From a virus, in the IMG/VR virus record IMGVR_UViG_3300007520_000004: a stretch of DNA of 30,071 nt; one strand, written 5' to 3'. A program made the position numbers and the translations under genes. Numbering within the stretch: the first letter of the stretch is position 1; each line of letters begins with the position of its first letter. Positions 1 through 6,619 of the stretch are shown here, one piece after another. The notes beneath the pieces were generated by a model. The model searched no databases, was not told where the DNA came from, and saw nothing but the letters and a program-made list of their open reading frames with translations.

Positions 1-94
1 ACGAGAATTACATTCAGTGTCTCGAATTGTAAATGTGATTTTTTTATTTAATTCTAATTCGGAATCTGTTTTTATTGTACTCATAATTAAGTAT
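1..94. repeat. Terminal direct repeat, copy 1 (identical to 29978..30071)
   Basis: Read directly: bases 1..94 match 29978..30071 base for base. This implies a circular or terminally redundant unit of 29977 bp. Confidence 0.95.
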
Positions 95-199
95 TTACTA
101 TTTAATTAACTAACTACTACCGCTAACAAAGGCTAGAAACAAAGCCTTAATTTTGTTGTAAAATGATGTTTTTTGTTTCATAATAAAATTATTTATAAA

Positions 200-619
200 T
201 TAATATTTTTTGATTTTATTTAATTGTCTCTTGACTTTTTCCCAATATCCTAACGTGCTTTTCTTTTTATCACCATTGCCGCCACCATTCCAGCGTCTTG
301 CAACCTTCTCGTCTGTGGCATCCTTTGTGTTTTGTCTTACAATATTAAACATTTCTTTTGACTTGCTAACGCTCCAGCGGTCTTTTAATGTATATTTATT
401 AAAGCCTAAGAGTCTGTTTACTTCTCTTACCATTATAGGGCGTATTTGCAACACTCCTACGGCATCTTCTTTAGAATTGTATGCCATACTATCGCCCCGA
501 CTTTCTACGTGGATAATGGCTTCTATTAAGCTATTTATTTTTGTTAATTTAACCCTAACCACATCCGCTGAGGACGTGGCGAGGAAAAAAAACAATAAAT
601 ACATAACAGACAATCTCAT
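200..619 (-). CDS. Secreted lytic transglycosylase (SLT / lysozyme-like domain)
   Basis: 139 aa. N-terminal signal-like hydrophobic segment MRLSVMYLLFFFLATSSA. SLT-type motifs HVESRGD (catalytic Glu-Ser) and AVGVLQI. 4-nt overlap with the upstream gene. Confidence 0.7.
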   Translation of the reverse strand: MRLSVMYLLFFFLATSSADVVRVKLTKINSLIEAIIHVESRGDSMAYNSKEDAVGVLQIRPIMVREVNRLLGFNKYTLKDRWSVSKSKEMFNIVRQNTKDATDEKVARRWNGGGNGDKKKSTLGYWEKVKRQLNKIKKY

Positions 620-1038
620 CTTCGGGTAATCCTTTGAATTCTATTTGATGTAAAAAGTATTTCGCATAAATTTTCGTGCCTTCTATAATATAATTGATTT
701 GTTTCGGCATCTGATTCATATACTTTATTGGCGTGAATGATTGTGCTATGGTCTCTGCCGCCTAAGAACTTGCCTACGCTTTTTAAGGGTAGATTAAGTA
801 TCTGCATAATAAAGTAACTGACCGCAAATCTTACCTCTATTATTTCACGCTTTCGGGTGCTGCTCTTTACTATCTGTATGAGCTCAGCTTCTGTAATATC
901 AGGATGAGTAATCTTCAATATTTTCTTATCGCAAAAATACTTAGCTATTACAGAGATTACTTTATCGGGAGTGCTTATATCTGTTAGCTGCCTATTGATA
1001 GTATATATGTCCATTGCTGGAATTAAGTATGGGTTCAT
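616..1038 (-). CDS. DnaA domain IV-like helix-turn-helix DNA-binding protein
   Basis: The C-terminal half VGKFLGGRDHSTIIHANKV matches the DnaA C-terminal signature (FGGRDHTTV.HA). No AAA+ domain is present. Confidence 0.65.
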   Translation of the reverse strand: MNPYLIPAMDIYTINRQLTDISTPDKVISVIAKYFCDKKILKITHPDITEAELIQIVKSSTRKREIIEVRFAVSYFIMQILNLPLKSVGKFLGGRDHSTIIHANKVYESDAETNQLYYRRHENLCEILFTSNRIQRITRR

Positions 1039-1640
1039 TGCGTTATCTCTACTATGTAATCTCTACTATTTAATACTGCTTCTCTTAATTGCTCTATGAC
1101 TTCCTCGTCATAATCTATGGCAAAGGACTTAATTCTGTAATTGCTGCTCAAATGTGAGTAGTCGAATGCTTCATCATATCCAATACCTTCAGGGGTGTTC
1201 ATTAATACGTACACAAGCTCTGCCATTTTCTTACCGGTCAGGTACATATATACTTGAAGCTGGTAGAAGTAGTCTTTGTTTGGTATCTCATCCTCAAATA
1301 GTGGGAATGTAAAACAATCCCAAGATGACTTTATGTCTATAATCTTATCTTCTAGTATTACGTCAGGCGTGCCGCAAAAGAACTCATCCTCGAAGTGCTC
1401 ATCATTCTTTGAAGCGAATAACCAGCCCAGCTCTTTAGCTGCATAGTCTATGGCATCATCCTCAACGGCATTGCCTTTGTCTAGATACTTAGAAGATATA
1501 GACTTTTTAAGACCGTAGACTTCTTCTTTAACCCAATCTTGTAAGTATGTCGTGGTAGTCTTAGACAAAACCTCGCTCTTGGAGCGAGGGCTAGTCATCA
1601 GCTTACCGCTTGCAGAAGCTCTTATTTTAAAATCTCTCAT
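1035..1640 (-). CDS. PD-(D/E)XK recombination exonuclease (YqaJ / lambda Exo-like)
   Basis: RASASGKLMT near the N-terminus and GTPDVILEDKIIDIKSS (D..(D/E)xK motif). Sits directly downstream of and coupled to the Erf gene. Confidence 0.65.
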   Translation of the reverse strand: MRDFKIRASASGKLMTSPRSKSEVLSKTTTTYLQDWVKEEVYGLKKSISSKYLDKGNAVEDDAIDYAAKELGWLFASKNDEHFEDEFFCGTPDVILEDKIIDIKSSWDCFTFPLFEDEIPNKDYFYQLQVYMYLTGKKMAELVYVLMNTPEGIGYDEAFDYSHLSSNYRIKSFAIDYDEEVIEQLREAVLNSRDYIVEITQ

Positions 1641-2134
1641 TTGAAAGGGTATACTAATTGGTTTTCTTTAGATATAGAGTAGTGCTTTTTAAGAGTGTCT
1701 AATGTAGCACCCTTATCTATTGCAGCGTTCCAAATCTTGTCTCCTTTGTTGACCCATACTTTCTCAGGAGTTTGGCTTGCTTTACTGGCTGCGTTGGCAT
1801 CGTCATCCTCAGCTTGCAGACCCAGTAAACTTTGAAGAGTGTAGCGTCGGTAGTAGGTTATCATACTACCCATCTTCTGAGGGTCGCTTAGTTCTGCCAT
1901 TTTCATAGCACTTTCTACTTTGTCGCCAGTTTCGATGTCTATAATTTGGCTACATACAAGCCCATCTAAAATAGGCTGCAATAGTAAGAGCCCATTCTCC
2001 TCTAAAAGTGGCTCTACGTGCTTTAAAAGCCCATTAATATCGAAGTACTTAGACTTAAAAAATGGATTGGTTGAGTCTTTGGAAATAGCTCCTATCTCCT
2101 TTTTGACTGCTGCTAATTTGTTGTATATGTTCAT
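1637..2134 (-). CDS. erf: ERF-family single-strand annealing recombinase
   Basis: MNIYNKLAAVKKEIG..., KSKYFDINGLLKHVEPLLEENGLLLLQ, GSMITYYRRYTLQSLLGLQAEDDDA: characteristic ERF pattern including the acidic EDDD stretch. Confidence 0.85.
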   Translation of the reverse strand: MNIYNKLAAVKKEIGAISKDSTNPFFKSKYFDINGLLKHVEPLLEENGLLLLQPILDGLVCSQIIDIETGDKVESAMKMAELSDPQKMGSMITYYRRYTLQSLLGLQAEDDDANAASKASQTPEKVWVNKGDKIWNAAIDKGATLDTLKKHYSISKENQLVYPFK

Positions 2135-2403
2135 AATTGTTTTGTTGCTAATTCTGCTAATTCTGCACGAACCCTTGCTAGATTCGTATCTCTTTTATTT
2201 GCGTTTAAGATAGCAAGGTGGGTTACATCTAAGATAGGGCGTACTGTCACTTTAGTAATTTTTCTTTGGCGGTTCAATACGCTATTAAGAGTATGAATAC
2301 TAATACCTCTCTTAGTGGCAATATGCGACCTTTCACTCTCGCTCGTCAAGTGCTTTAATGCTCTTGCAGTGTCCTGCGTTAGTTCATTGTTTTCAAATAC
2401 CAT
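2131..2403 (-). CDS. Small putative HTH DNA-binding protein
   Basis: 90-aa ORF coupled to erf. The segment IATKRGISIHTLNSVLNRQRKIT looks like a helix-turn-helix. Function is tentative. Confidence 0.5.
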   Translation of the reverse strand: MVFENNELTQDTARALKHLTSESERSHIATKRGISIHTLNSVLNRQRKITKVTVRPILDVTHLAILNANKRDTNLARVRAELAELATKQL

Positions 2404-2539
2404 TTTCTTGCTCTATTTTATTAATGGTTAATAGTGTTTCGATTAGCTCTGCTCTTCTGCTCAAAGTCTCTATATTCTCATCTTCTTTTTCAAGAACTTC
2501 GAGCCTTAGCTCTAATTTGTCTTTGATTTTGTTTATCAT
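2393..2539 (-). CDS. Hypothetical 48-aa coiled-coil protein
   Basis: Hand translation: MINKIKDKLELRLEVLEKEDENIETLSRRAELIETLLTINKIEQENGI. The ATG overlaps the upstream stop (ATGA) and the stop overlaps the next start. Below the ORF-track size cutoff. Confidence 0.4.
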   Translation of the reverse strand: MINKIKDKLELRLEVLEKEDENIETLSRRAELIETLLTINKIEQENGI

Positions 2540-2709
2540 AATTTTTCTAATATTCTTTCTAATTCTTTGATTTTGTTATCCCAGTATAAGTCATAGCTAA
2601 AGTTATCATCAGCGTCAGCGTACATCTCAACTTGTCGAGTTCTTGACTTGTAAAGTTCAGTCTTGACCAATCCTTTCAAGATAAGGCTCTCGTTTAAATT
2701 AAGTTTCAT
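2536..2709 (-). CDS. Hypothetical 57-aa protein
   Basis: Hand translation: MKLNLNESLILKGLVKTELYKSRTRQVEMYADADDNFSYDLYWDNKIKELERILEKL. Translationally coupled on both sides. Confidence 0.45.
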   Translation of the reverse strand: MKLNLNESLILKGLVKTELYKSRTRQVEMYADADDNFSYDLYWDNKIKELERILEKL

Positions 2710-2851
2710 AGTCGGCAGCGAAAGCTAATATAGATACTGATAAGAAGATAACGCATAGTGCTGGCTTGTCGAAATACCACATTGCTACGGTATAGACTGG
2801 CATTAAGTATCTTGATACTTTTATAATTTGGTTTCGTGTTGTTTGTTTCAT
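2699..2851 (-). CDS. Hypothetical 50-aa small membrane protein
   Basis: Hand translation: MKQTTRNQIIKVSRYLMPVYTVAMWYFDKPALCVIFLSVSILAFAADYET. Hydrophobic C-terminal half. Overlaps the next start. Confidence 0.4.
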   Translation of the reverse strand: MKQTTRNQIIKVSRYLMPVYTVAMWYFDKPALCVIFLSVSILAFAADYET

Positions 2852-2862
2852 TTTATTTTGCA

Positions 2863-3087
2863 TTAGTAAACAGATTTTGCGGTTTTAGGAACTTGGATAT
2901 AAAAATCATAATCCTCGCAATTTTGCATCAATTGATGCCCTTTTCTAGAAGATAACAAGAAAGTATTGTTATTTATATTAATTGACACAACATTGAAAAT
3001 ACCTTCGCCTTTTGTTGCTTTGATTTTTCTATTGCCTTTTTCTAATATCGAAAAAGCTAATTGACAGGTTGTTTTAATTGATTCCAT
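2863..3087 (-). CDS. Hypothetical protein (74 aa)
   Basis: ORF in the leftward operon, preceded by a TATATTTG box at 3116..3123 on the minus strand. Confidence 0.5.
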   Translation of the reverse strand: MESIKTTCQLAFSILEKGNRKIKATKGEGIFNVVSININNNTFLLSSRKGHQLMQNCEDYDFYIQVPKTAKSVY

Positions 3088-3115
3088 TTTGTTGATTTTC
3101 TTTGTTATTGTACTA

Positions 3116-3123
3116 CAAATATA
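3116..3123 (-). promoter_or_regulatory. -7 box TATATTTG upstream of 2863..3087
   Basis: The reverse complement reads TATATTTG, 28 nt before the ATG at 3087, within a 57-nt intergenic gap. Confidence 0.4.
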
Positions 3124-3144
3124 GTATAATTTTTTAATACCAAA

Positions 3145-3480
3145 CTATTTTATTTCATTTATTTTTATTTCGACCAAATCATTGTATCCTTTATCGCTGC
3201 TTATTTTAAGCTCTCTCACTATCTTATAGGTGTCGTCTTCAAAGATTATATCCTCAATCATTTTGACCATAGCGGTGCAGTTAGAAGCGTCTAAGGGTCT
3301 TGACTTAAAATAGAACTTGTAATCTACTGAGTACATTTTATCTTTGCTAAATACCTCGTCGCATTGGCTCTTTACTATTACAGTATAGTTATCCTTTATC
3401 TGCTTTCGCTTTGTCCAGTGCATACCAGCGTACCACTTATTTAAAGATATTTTCGGTAGGTCATAAAGTTTTATTATCAT
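3145..3480 (-). CDS. rusA: RusA-like Holliday junction resolvase
   Basis: SLNKWYAGMHWTKRKQIKD and RPLDASNCTAMVKMIEDIIFEDD align by eye with E. coli RusA (..NRYY.., [25 protein letters not shown]). 111 aa. First gene of the leftward operon. Confidence 0.55.
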   Translation of the reverse strand: MIIKLYDLPKISLNKWYAGMHWTKRKQIKDNYTVIVKSQCDEVFSKDKMYSVDYKFYFKSRPLDASNCTAMVKMIEDIIFEDDTYKIVRELKISSDKGYNDLVEIKINEIK

Positions 3481-3484
3481 TTTG

Positions 3485-3492
3485 CGAATATA
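3485..3492 (-). promoter_or_regulatory. -7 box-like TATATTCG, 4 nt before the ATG of the rusA-like gene (leftward early promoter)
   Basis: The reverse complement of 3481..3492 is TATATTCGCAAA followed directly by ATG (3480). Confidence 0.4.
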
Positions 3493-3505
3493 TTAAAAAT
3501 AAAGT

Positions 3506-3513
3506 TATATTTG
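3506..3513 (+). promoter_or_regulatory. -7 box TATATTTG(CA), rightward early promoter
   Basis: Exact TAnnTTTG match in the divergent control region, about 100 nt upstream of 3622. Confidence 0.45.
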
Positions 3514-3567
3514 CAGAAGTATTAACCGTTAAGGGGGTTATTGAATAAAGATTTTTAGACCAACCTT

Positions 3568-3594
3568 AAAAAGTAGCCCTAACCTACTTTTTTT
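3568..3594 (+). terminator. AT-rich hairpin with U tract in the leader of the rightward operon
   Basis: AAAAAGTAG-ccctaac-CTACTTTTT followed by TT. The stem has only two G:C pairs and is symmetric, so it could act on either strand. Confidence 0.35.
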
Positions 3595-3621
3595 GGGAGG
3601 TCTTTTTTTATATAAACTATT

Positions 3622-4311
3622 ATGGCAGAGAAATTAAACAGCTATGAATTGAGCAGGTCATTTATAAACTTCGCTTTTGATAACCCTGAAAAGATAAACC
3701 CAAACCACTACGCTATTTATTTCTTTGCAATAGAACATTGTAACAGATTAGGGTGGAAAGATAAGTTTGGGTTTCCTACGATGATGGCTTGTGATGCAGT
3801 AGGCATAAAAAAGGCTCAGACATTTATAAAATACTTTAACGATTTAGAATATTGGGGATTTATAAAAGTAGTAGAAAGGTCAAGAAATCAATACTCTGCA
3901 AACATAATAAGCCTAATAAGTGCCGAACCGAAAAAAGGCGAAGCACTAGATAAAGCAATGGTCAACCACGCGGTAAAGCAATCGTTAAGCAATAGTCCTG
4001 TAGATAAACAAGTAAACAAAGAACAAGTAAACAAGTGTTTAGATAGATATAAAATATTCTTGTCTAAATGGAACGAAATAAAAAAGTCAAATTACAAGGG
4101 CAGTAAGAATGATGTAAATAATTTTATATTTTGGCTAGAAACATATACTCCTTCTGAAATACTAAAAGCAATAGAGAATCACGATAATACCTTTTGGGCT
4201 GAGAAGATAAACACTCAATGGCTTTTTAGAACTAAAGACACCAAAGGGCAACCAGTGGATTACATAGGGCAATTATTAGAACACGTAAACAGAAGCAAGC
4301 TGAGAGTATGA
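3622..4311 (+). CDS. Putative replication initiation / origin-binding protein
   Basis: First gene of the rightward operon, coupled to the helicase gene. The N-terminal region (YAIYFFAIEHCNRLGW..FGFPTMMACDAVGIKKAQTFIKYFNDLEYWGFIKV) looks like a winged-helix replication-protein N-terminus. The call rests on position and pattern only. Confidence 0.4.
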   Translation: MAEKLNSYELSRSFINFAFDNPEKINPNHYAIYFFAIEHCNRLGWKDKFGFPTMMACDAVGIKKAQTFIKYFNDLEYWGFIKVVERSRNQYSANIISLISAEPKKGEALDKAMVNHAVKQSLSNSPVDKQVNKEQVNKCLDRYKIFLSKWNEIKKSNYKGSKNDVNNFIFWLETYTPSEILKAIENHDNTFWAEKINTQWLFRTKDTKGQPVDYIGQLLEHVNRSKLRV

Positions 4312-5222
4312 TAAAAAAGAGCAGCGAAATAATAGACCAGCTTATGCACTTGCAAAAGTATGGACTGCCCGAAGGTAGCAAGGTAGGTTTAAAGTCTTTT
4401 GATGAGAACCTTTCATTTGCTAAAGGAGGTTGCACAGATATAACTGGCTACCCATTCTACGGAAAGTCTTTAGTGCTTAAAGAGATAATGATGGGCTTGA
4501 CAATTAACGAGGGTTGGAGTCATTGTATCTATATGCCTGACGACGGGAGCGATGTGGAGGTGCTGAGTAACCTGATGCACAAGCTCACGGGTAAAACCTT
4601 TGACCAGCACTATCCAAATGCAATAAGCGAAAAGGATATAGTCAAGCATAGTACTATTTTGATTGATAAGTTTAAGTTTATTAGCTCAGAACACAACTTA
4701 GAACCTGAAGCATTTTGGAACTACGCAAACGAACTTAAATGTAATAGTGCGGTTATAGATAGCTGGAATTATATGTCACACAAAGGAGAGCCAACAAGTC
4801 CTGATTATCTTCGCAAAATATTAAGCCTTAGAAATAGATTTATGGACGTTAACGATATGCACGCATTTACGGTCATTCACCCTAAGAACCCCGACCCAAA
4901 AGCAGTAAAGGATGGCAACGTAAAGAAGCCAAGCGTTTATGATTTAATGGGCGGCAGTGAGTGGAATAATAATGGTAAGAATATTATAGTAGTACACAAA
5001 GAAAGTAAGGACAACCACCAGCCTTATCAGATATACATTGACAAAGTAAAACCTAAACACTACGGCAGGCTAGGGGATTGTAGCTTGTGGATAGACTGGA
5101 ATAAACAGAGGTTCTATGAGTACGATGCTGCACTAAACAAAAAGACATACGCTTACGGAGACGCTGAGATAGTAGTAGACCCGATAAATAATTTTCAACA
5201 ACAAGAAGGAGAGCCATTTTAA
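4308..5222 (+). CDS. DnaB-like replicative helicase (RecA-fold C-terminal domain only)
   Basis: LPEGSKVGLKSFDENL..GGCTDITGYPFYGKSLVLKEIMMGL (Walker A GxxxxGKS in DnaB-like context) and a Walker B-like VIDSWNYM. Ends in ..QQQEGEPF. Confidence 0.6.
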   Translation: MIKKSSEIIDQLMHLQKYGLPEGSKVGLKSFDENLSFAKGGCTDITGYPFYGKSLVLKEIMMGLTINEGWSHCIYMPDDGSDVEVLSNLMHKLTGKTFDQHYPNAISEKDIVKHSTILIDKFKFISSEHNLEPEAFWNYANELKCNSAVIDSWNYMSHKGEPTSPDYLRKILSLRNRFMDVNDMHAFTVIHPKNPDPKAVKDGNVKKPSVYDLMGGSEWNNNGKNIIVVHKESKDNHQPYQIYIDKVKPKHYGRLGDCSLWIDWNKQRFYEYDAALNKKTYAYGDAEIVVDPINNFQQQEGEPF

Positions 5223-5516
5223 ATGAGAACAGAAAAAGAAATCAAAAAATTGATAGCTGAGTTCAAACCACCTATCAAAAAAGCTAAAAGCGTCATCAAT
5301 GATATGAGGGTAAAGCTACACAAGTACAACGGGAAGGATAGAGAAGCTGCAAGCGAACGGCTCGAAGTTCTCGATACATTGGTGCTTCATTGCGTTGCTA
5401 TGCAAGTAGAAATGAATGATATGGAAGAGGAGTATCATCGAGTACTATTAGACTCAGCAAATCTTAGAGTGCAATACGTGGCAGCTAAGTGGCTTATAAA
5501 AACAAGCGGTTATTAA
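5223..5516 (+). CDS. Hypothetical protein (97 aa)
   Basis: The ORF starts 1 nt after the helicase stop. No recognisable motif. Confidence 0.55.
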   Translation: MRTEKEIKKLIAEFKPPIKKAKSVINDMRVKLHKYNGKDREAASERLEVLDTLVLHCVAMQVEMNDMEEEYHRVLLDSANLRVQYVAAKWLIKTSGY

Positions 5517-5546
5517 AAAAAAATTAGCAAGTTTTAAAAAAAGAAT

Positions 5547-5554
5547 ACATTTGC
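5547..5554 (+). promoter_or_regulatory. -7 box TACATTTG(CA), 5 nt before ATG 5560
   Basis: Exact TAnnTTTG match in the 43-nt A-rich gap after 5516. Confidence 0.45.
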
Positions 5555-5559
5555 AAAGT

Positions 5560-5847
5560 ATGAATCATTTTTATACCTCAGATGAGCAGAGAATATCTAA
5601 GAGCTTAATTGAATCTCGAACAAGGGAAGCAAAGAAGAAGGTACTTGGCGAGCAGTTCTATGAGTTCGGGTATAATTTTTGCGTTGACTGCTTAGTGTCT
5701 AGTGGGGTATATCTTGACTGCTCACATACTATCAGCGTGGACGAAGCACAGAAAACAAGGAGAGCAGAACTAGCATACGATAAAGATAACATAAAGGTAA
5801 GATGCAGATTGTGCCATATTGCCCACGATAAAACAAGTAAAATATGA
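5560..5847 (+). CDS. HNH endonuclease-like protein (NinG/Rap-like zinc-binding C-terminus)
   Basis: CVDC...CSHTISVDEAQ...DNIKVRCRLCHIAHDK (CxxC..H..N..CxxCH). ATG 5560 is preferred over TTG 5551 because a TACATTTG -7 box occupies 5547..5554. Confidence 0.6.
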   Translation: MNHFYTSDEQRISKSLIESRTREAKKKVLGEQFYEFGYNFCVDCLVSSGVYLDCSHTISVDEAQKTRRAELAYDKDNIKVRCRLCHIAHDKTSKI

Positions 5848-6023
5848 AAGGACTATACGAGATAACCGCAACAAAAGGAGGTAAGAGTATTACCTCAGAA
5901 GTCTTTGGCAGTATGGCTAACAAAGAGCAATTATTCCAGCTTCTTATGAATCGACATAAGATACTTCATAGCGAAAGAATACTATGGAAAATGACAAGCA
6001 CTAATTTAATAAAACAAATATGA
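5844..6023 (+). CDS. Hypothetical 59-aa protein
   Basis: Hand translation: MKGLYEITATKGGKSITSEVFGSMANKEQLFQLLMNRHKILHSERILWKMTSTNLIKQI. ATGA overlaps at both ends. Confidence 0.4.
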   Translation: MKGLYEITATKGGKSITSEVFGSMANKEQLFQLLMNRHKILHSERILWKMTSTNLIKQI

Positions 6024-6232
6024 CTTCAAAGGAACAAGCCGAAGAATTGGTCAATGCTTATATAATAGTATTGATGGAGGAGGACACCGACGATTTACAT
6101 TGCTCTACTATTGCTAGGAGATGTGCGTTGATAGGTGTGAATGAAATATTAAACTTGTTTTACGACAAGAATGGTAATGATTATAGATATAACTTTTGGG
6201 AGGAAGTAGAGCAAGAGCTTGATAAGTTATAA
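6020..6232 (+). CDS. Hypothetical protein (70 aa)
   Basis: Coupled ORF with no assignable motif. Confidence 0.55.
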   Translation: MTSKEQAEELVNAYIIVLMEEDTDDLHCSTIARRCALIGVNEILNLFYDKNGNDYRYNFWEEVEQELDKL

Positions 6233-6360
6233 TGCAAGAGTTAAATGAGTTACAAAAGGAGCTCGAGTCATTAAGCCCCTCTTGGAATCTATTTGGAAAG
6301 GTAGATAGAATGAAATTATTAGTAGAGCAATTGAAATTTAAATTAAATAAAAATGAGTAA
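6232..6360 (+). CDS. Hypothetical 42-aa protein
   Basis: Hand translation: MQELNELQKELESLSPSWNLFGKVDRMKLLVEQLKFKLNKNE. TAATG start overlap, and the stop overlaps the next gene. Confidence 0.35.
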   Translation: MQELNELQKELESLSPSWNLFGKVDRMKLLVEQLKFKLNKNE

Positions 6361-6619
6361 CGAAAAAAAAGAAAAAGTATTCGCAGAAGGGTTTATGTTC
6401 AAGATGAAGCCCGACTCTCCCGAGTGGGTAATCGGTAGCCTAAGTCTAAAGTCTGAGGATGCGATTAAGTTTATTAACGAGCACACCGACAAGGGTTGGC
6501 TTAATCTAAACGTCAATGTTGGCAAGAGTGGCAAGCCTTATGTAGAGCTAAACCAATGGAAGCCAAGTCAAGATAAGGTAACGCAAAACGCTACCGAGCC
6601 AGACGGACTTCCTTTTTGA
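6353..6619 (+). CDS. Putative ssDNA-binding-like protein with an SSB-type C-terminal tip
   Basis: 88 aa in the replication module. The C-terminus ..ATEPDGLPF resembles the acidic ..DDDIPF tip of bacterial SSB. The fold is not verifiable by eye. Confidence 0.4.
   Translation: MSNEKKEKVFAEGFMFKMKPDSPEWVIGSLSLKSEDAIKFINEHTDKGWLNLNVNVGKSGKPYVELNQWKPSQDKVTQNATEPDGLPF

Noticed and set aside
129-148. Hairpin AAGGCT-agaaacaa-AGCCTT downstream of the SLT gene, considered as terminator of the leftward operon
   Set aside because: The stem is only 6 bp, and on the minus strand it is not followed by a U tract. That is too weak to call.
210-629. 139-aa plus-strand ORF mirroring the SLT gene. Similar plus-strand ORFs lie at 1920..2213 and 2358..2570 within the leftward operon.
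   Set aside because: They oppose a tightly coupled minus-strand operon whose products carry recognisable motifs. Their translations are hydrophobic and low-complexity.
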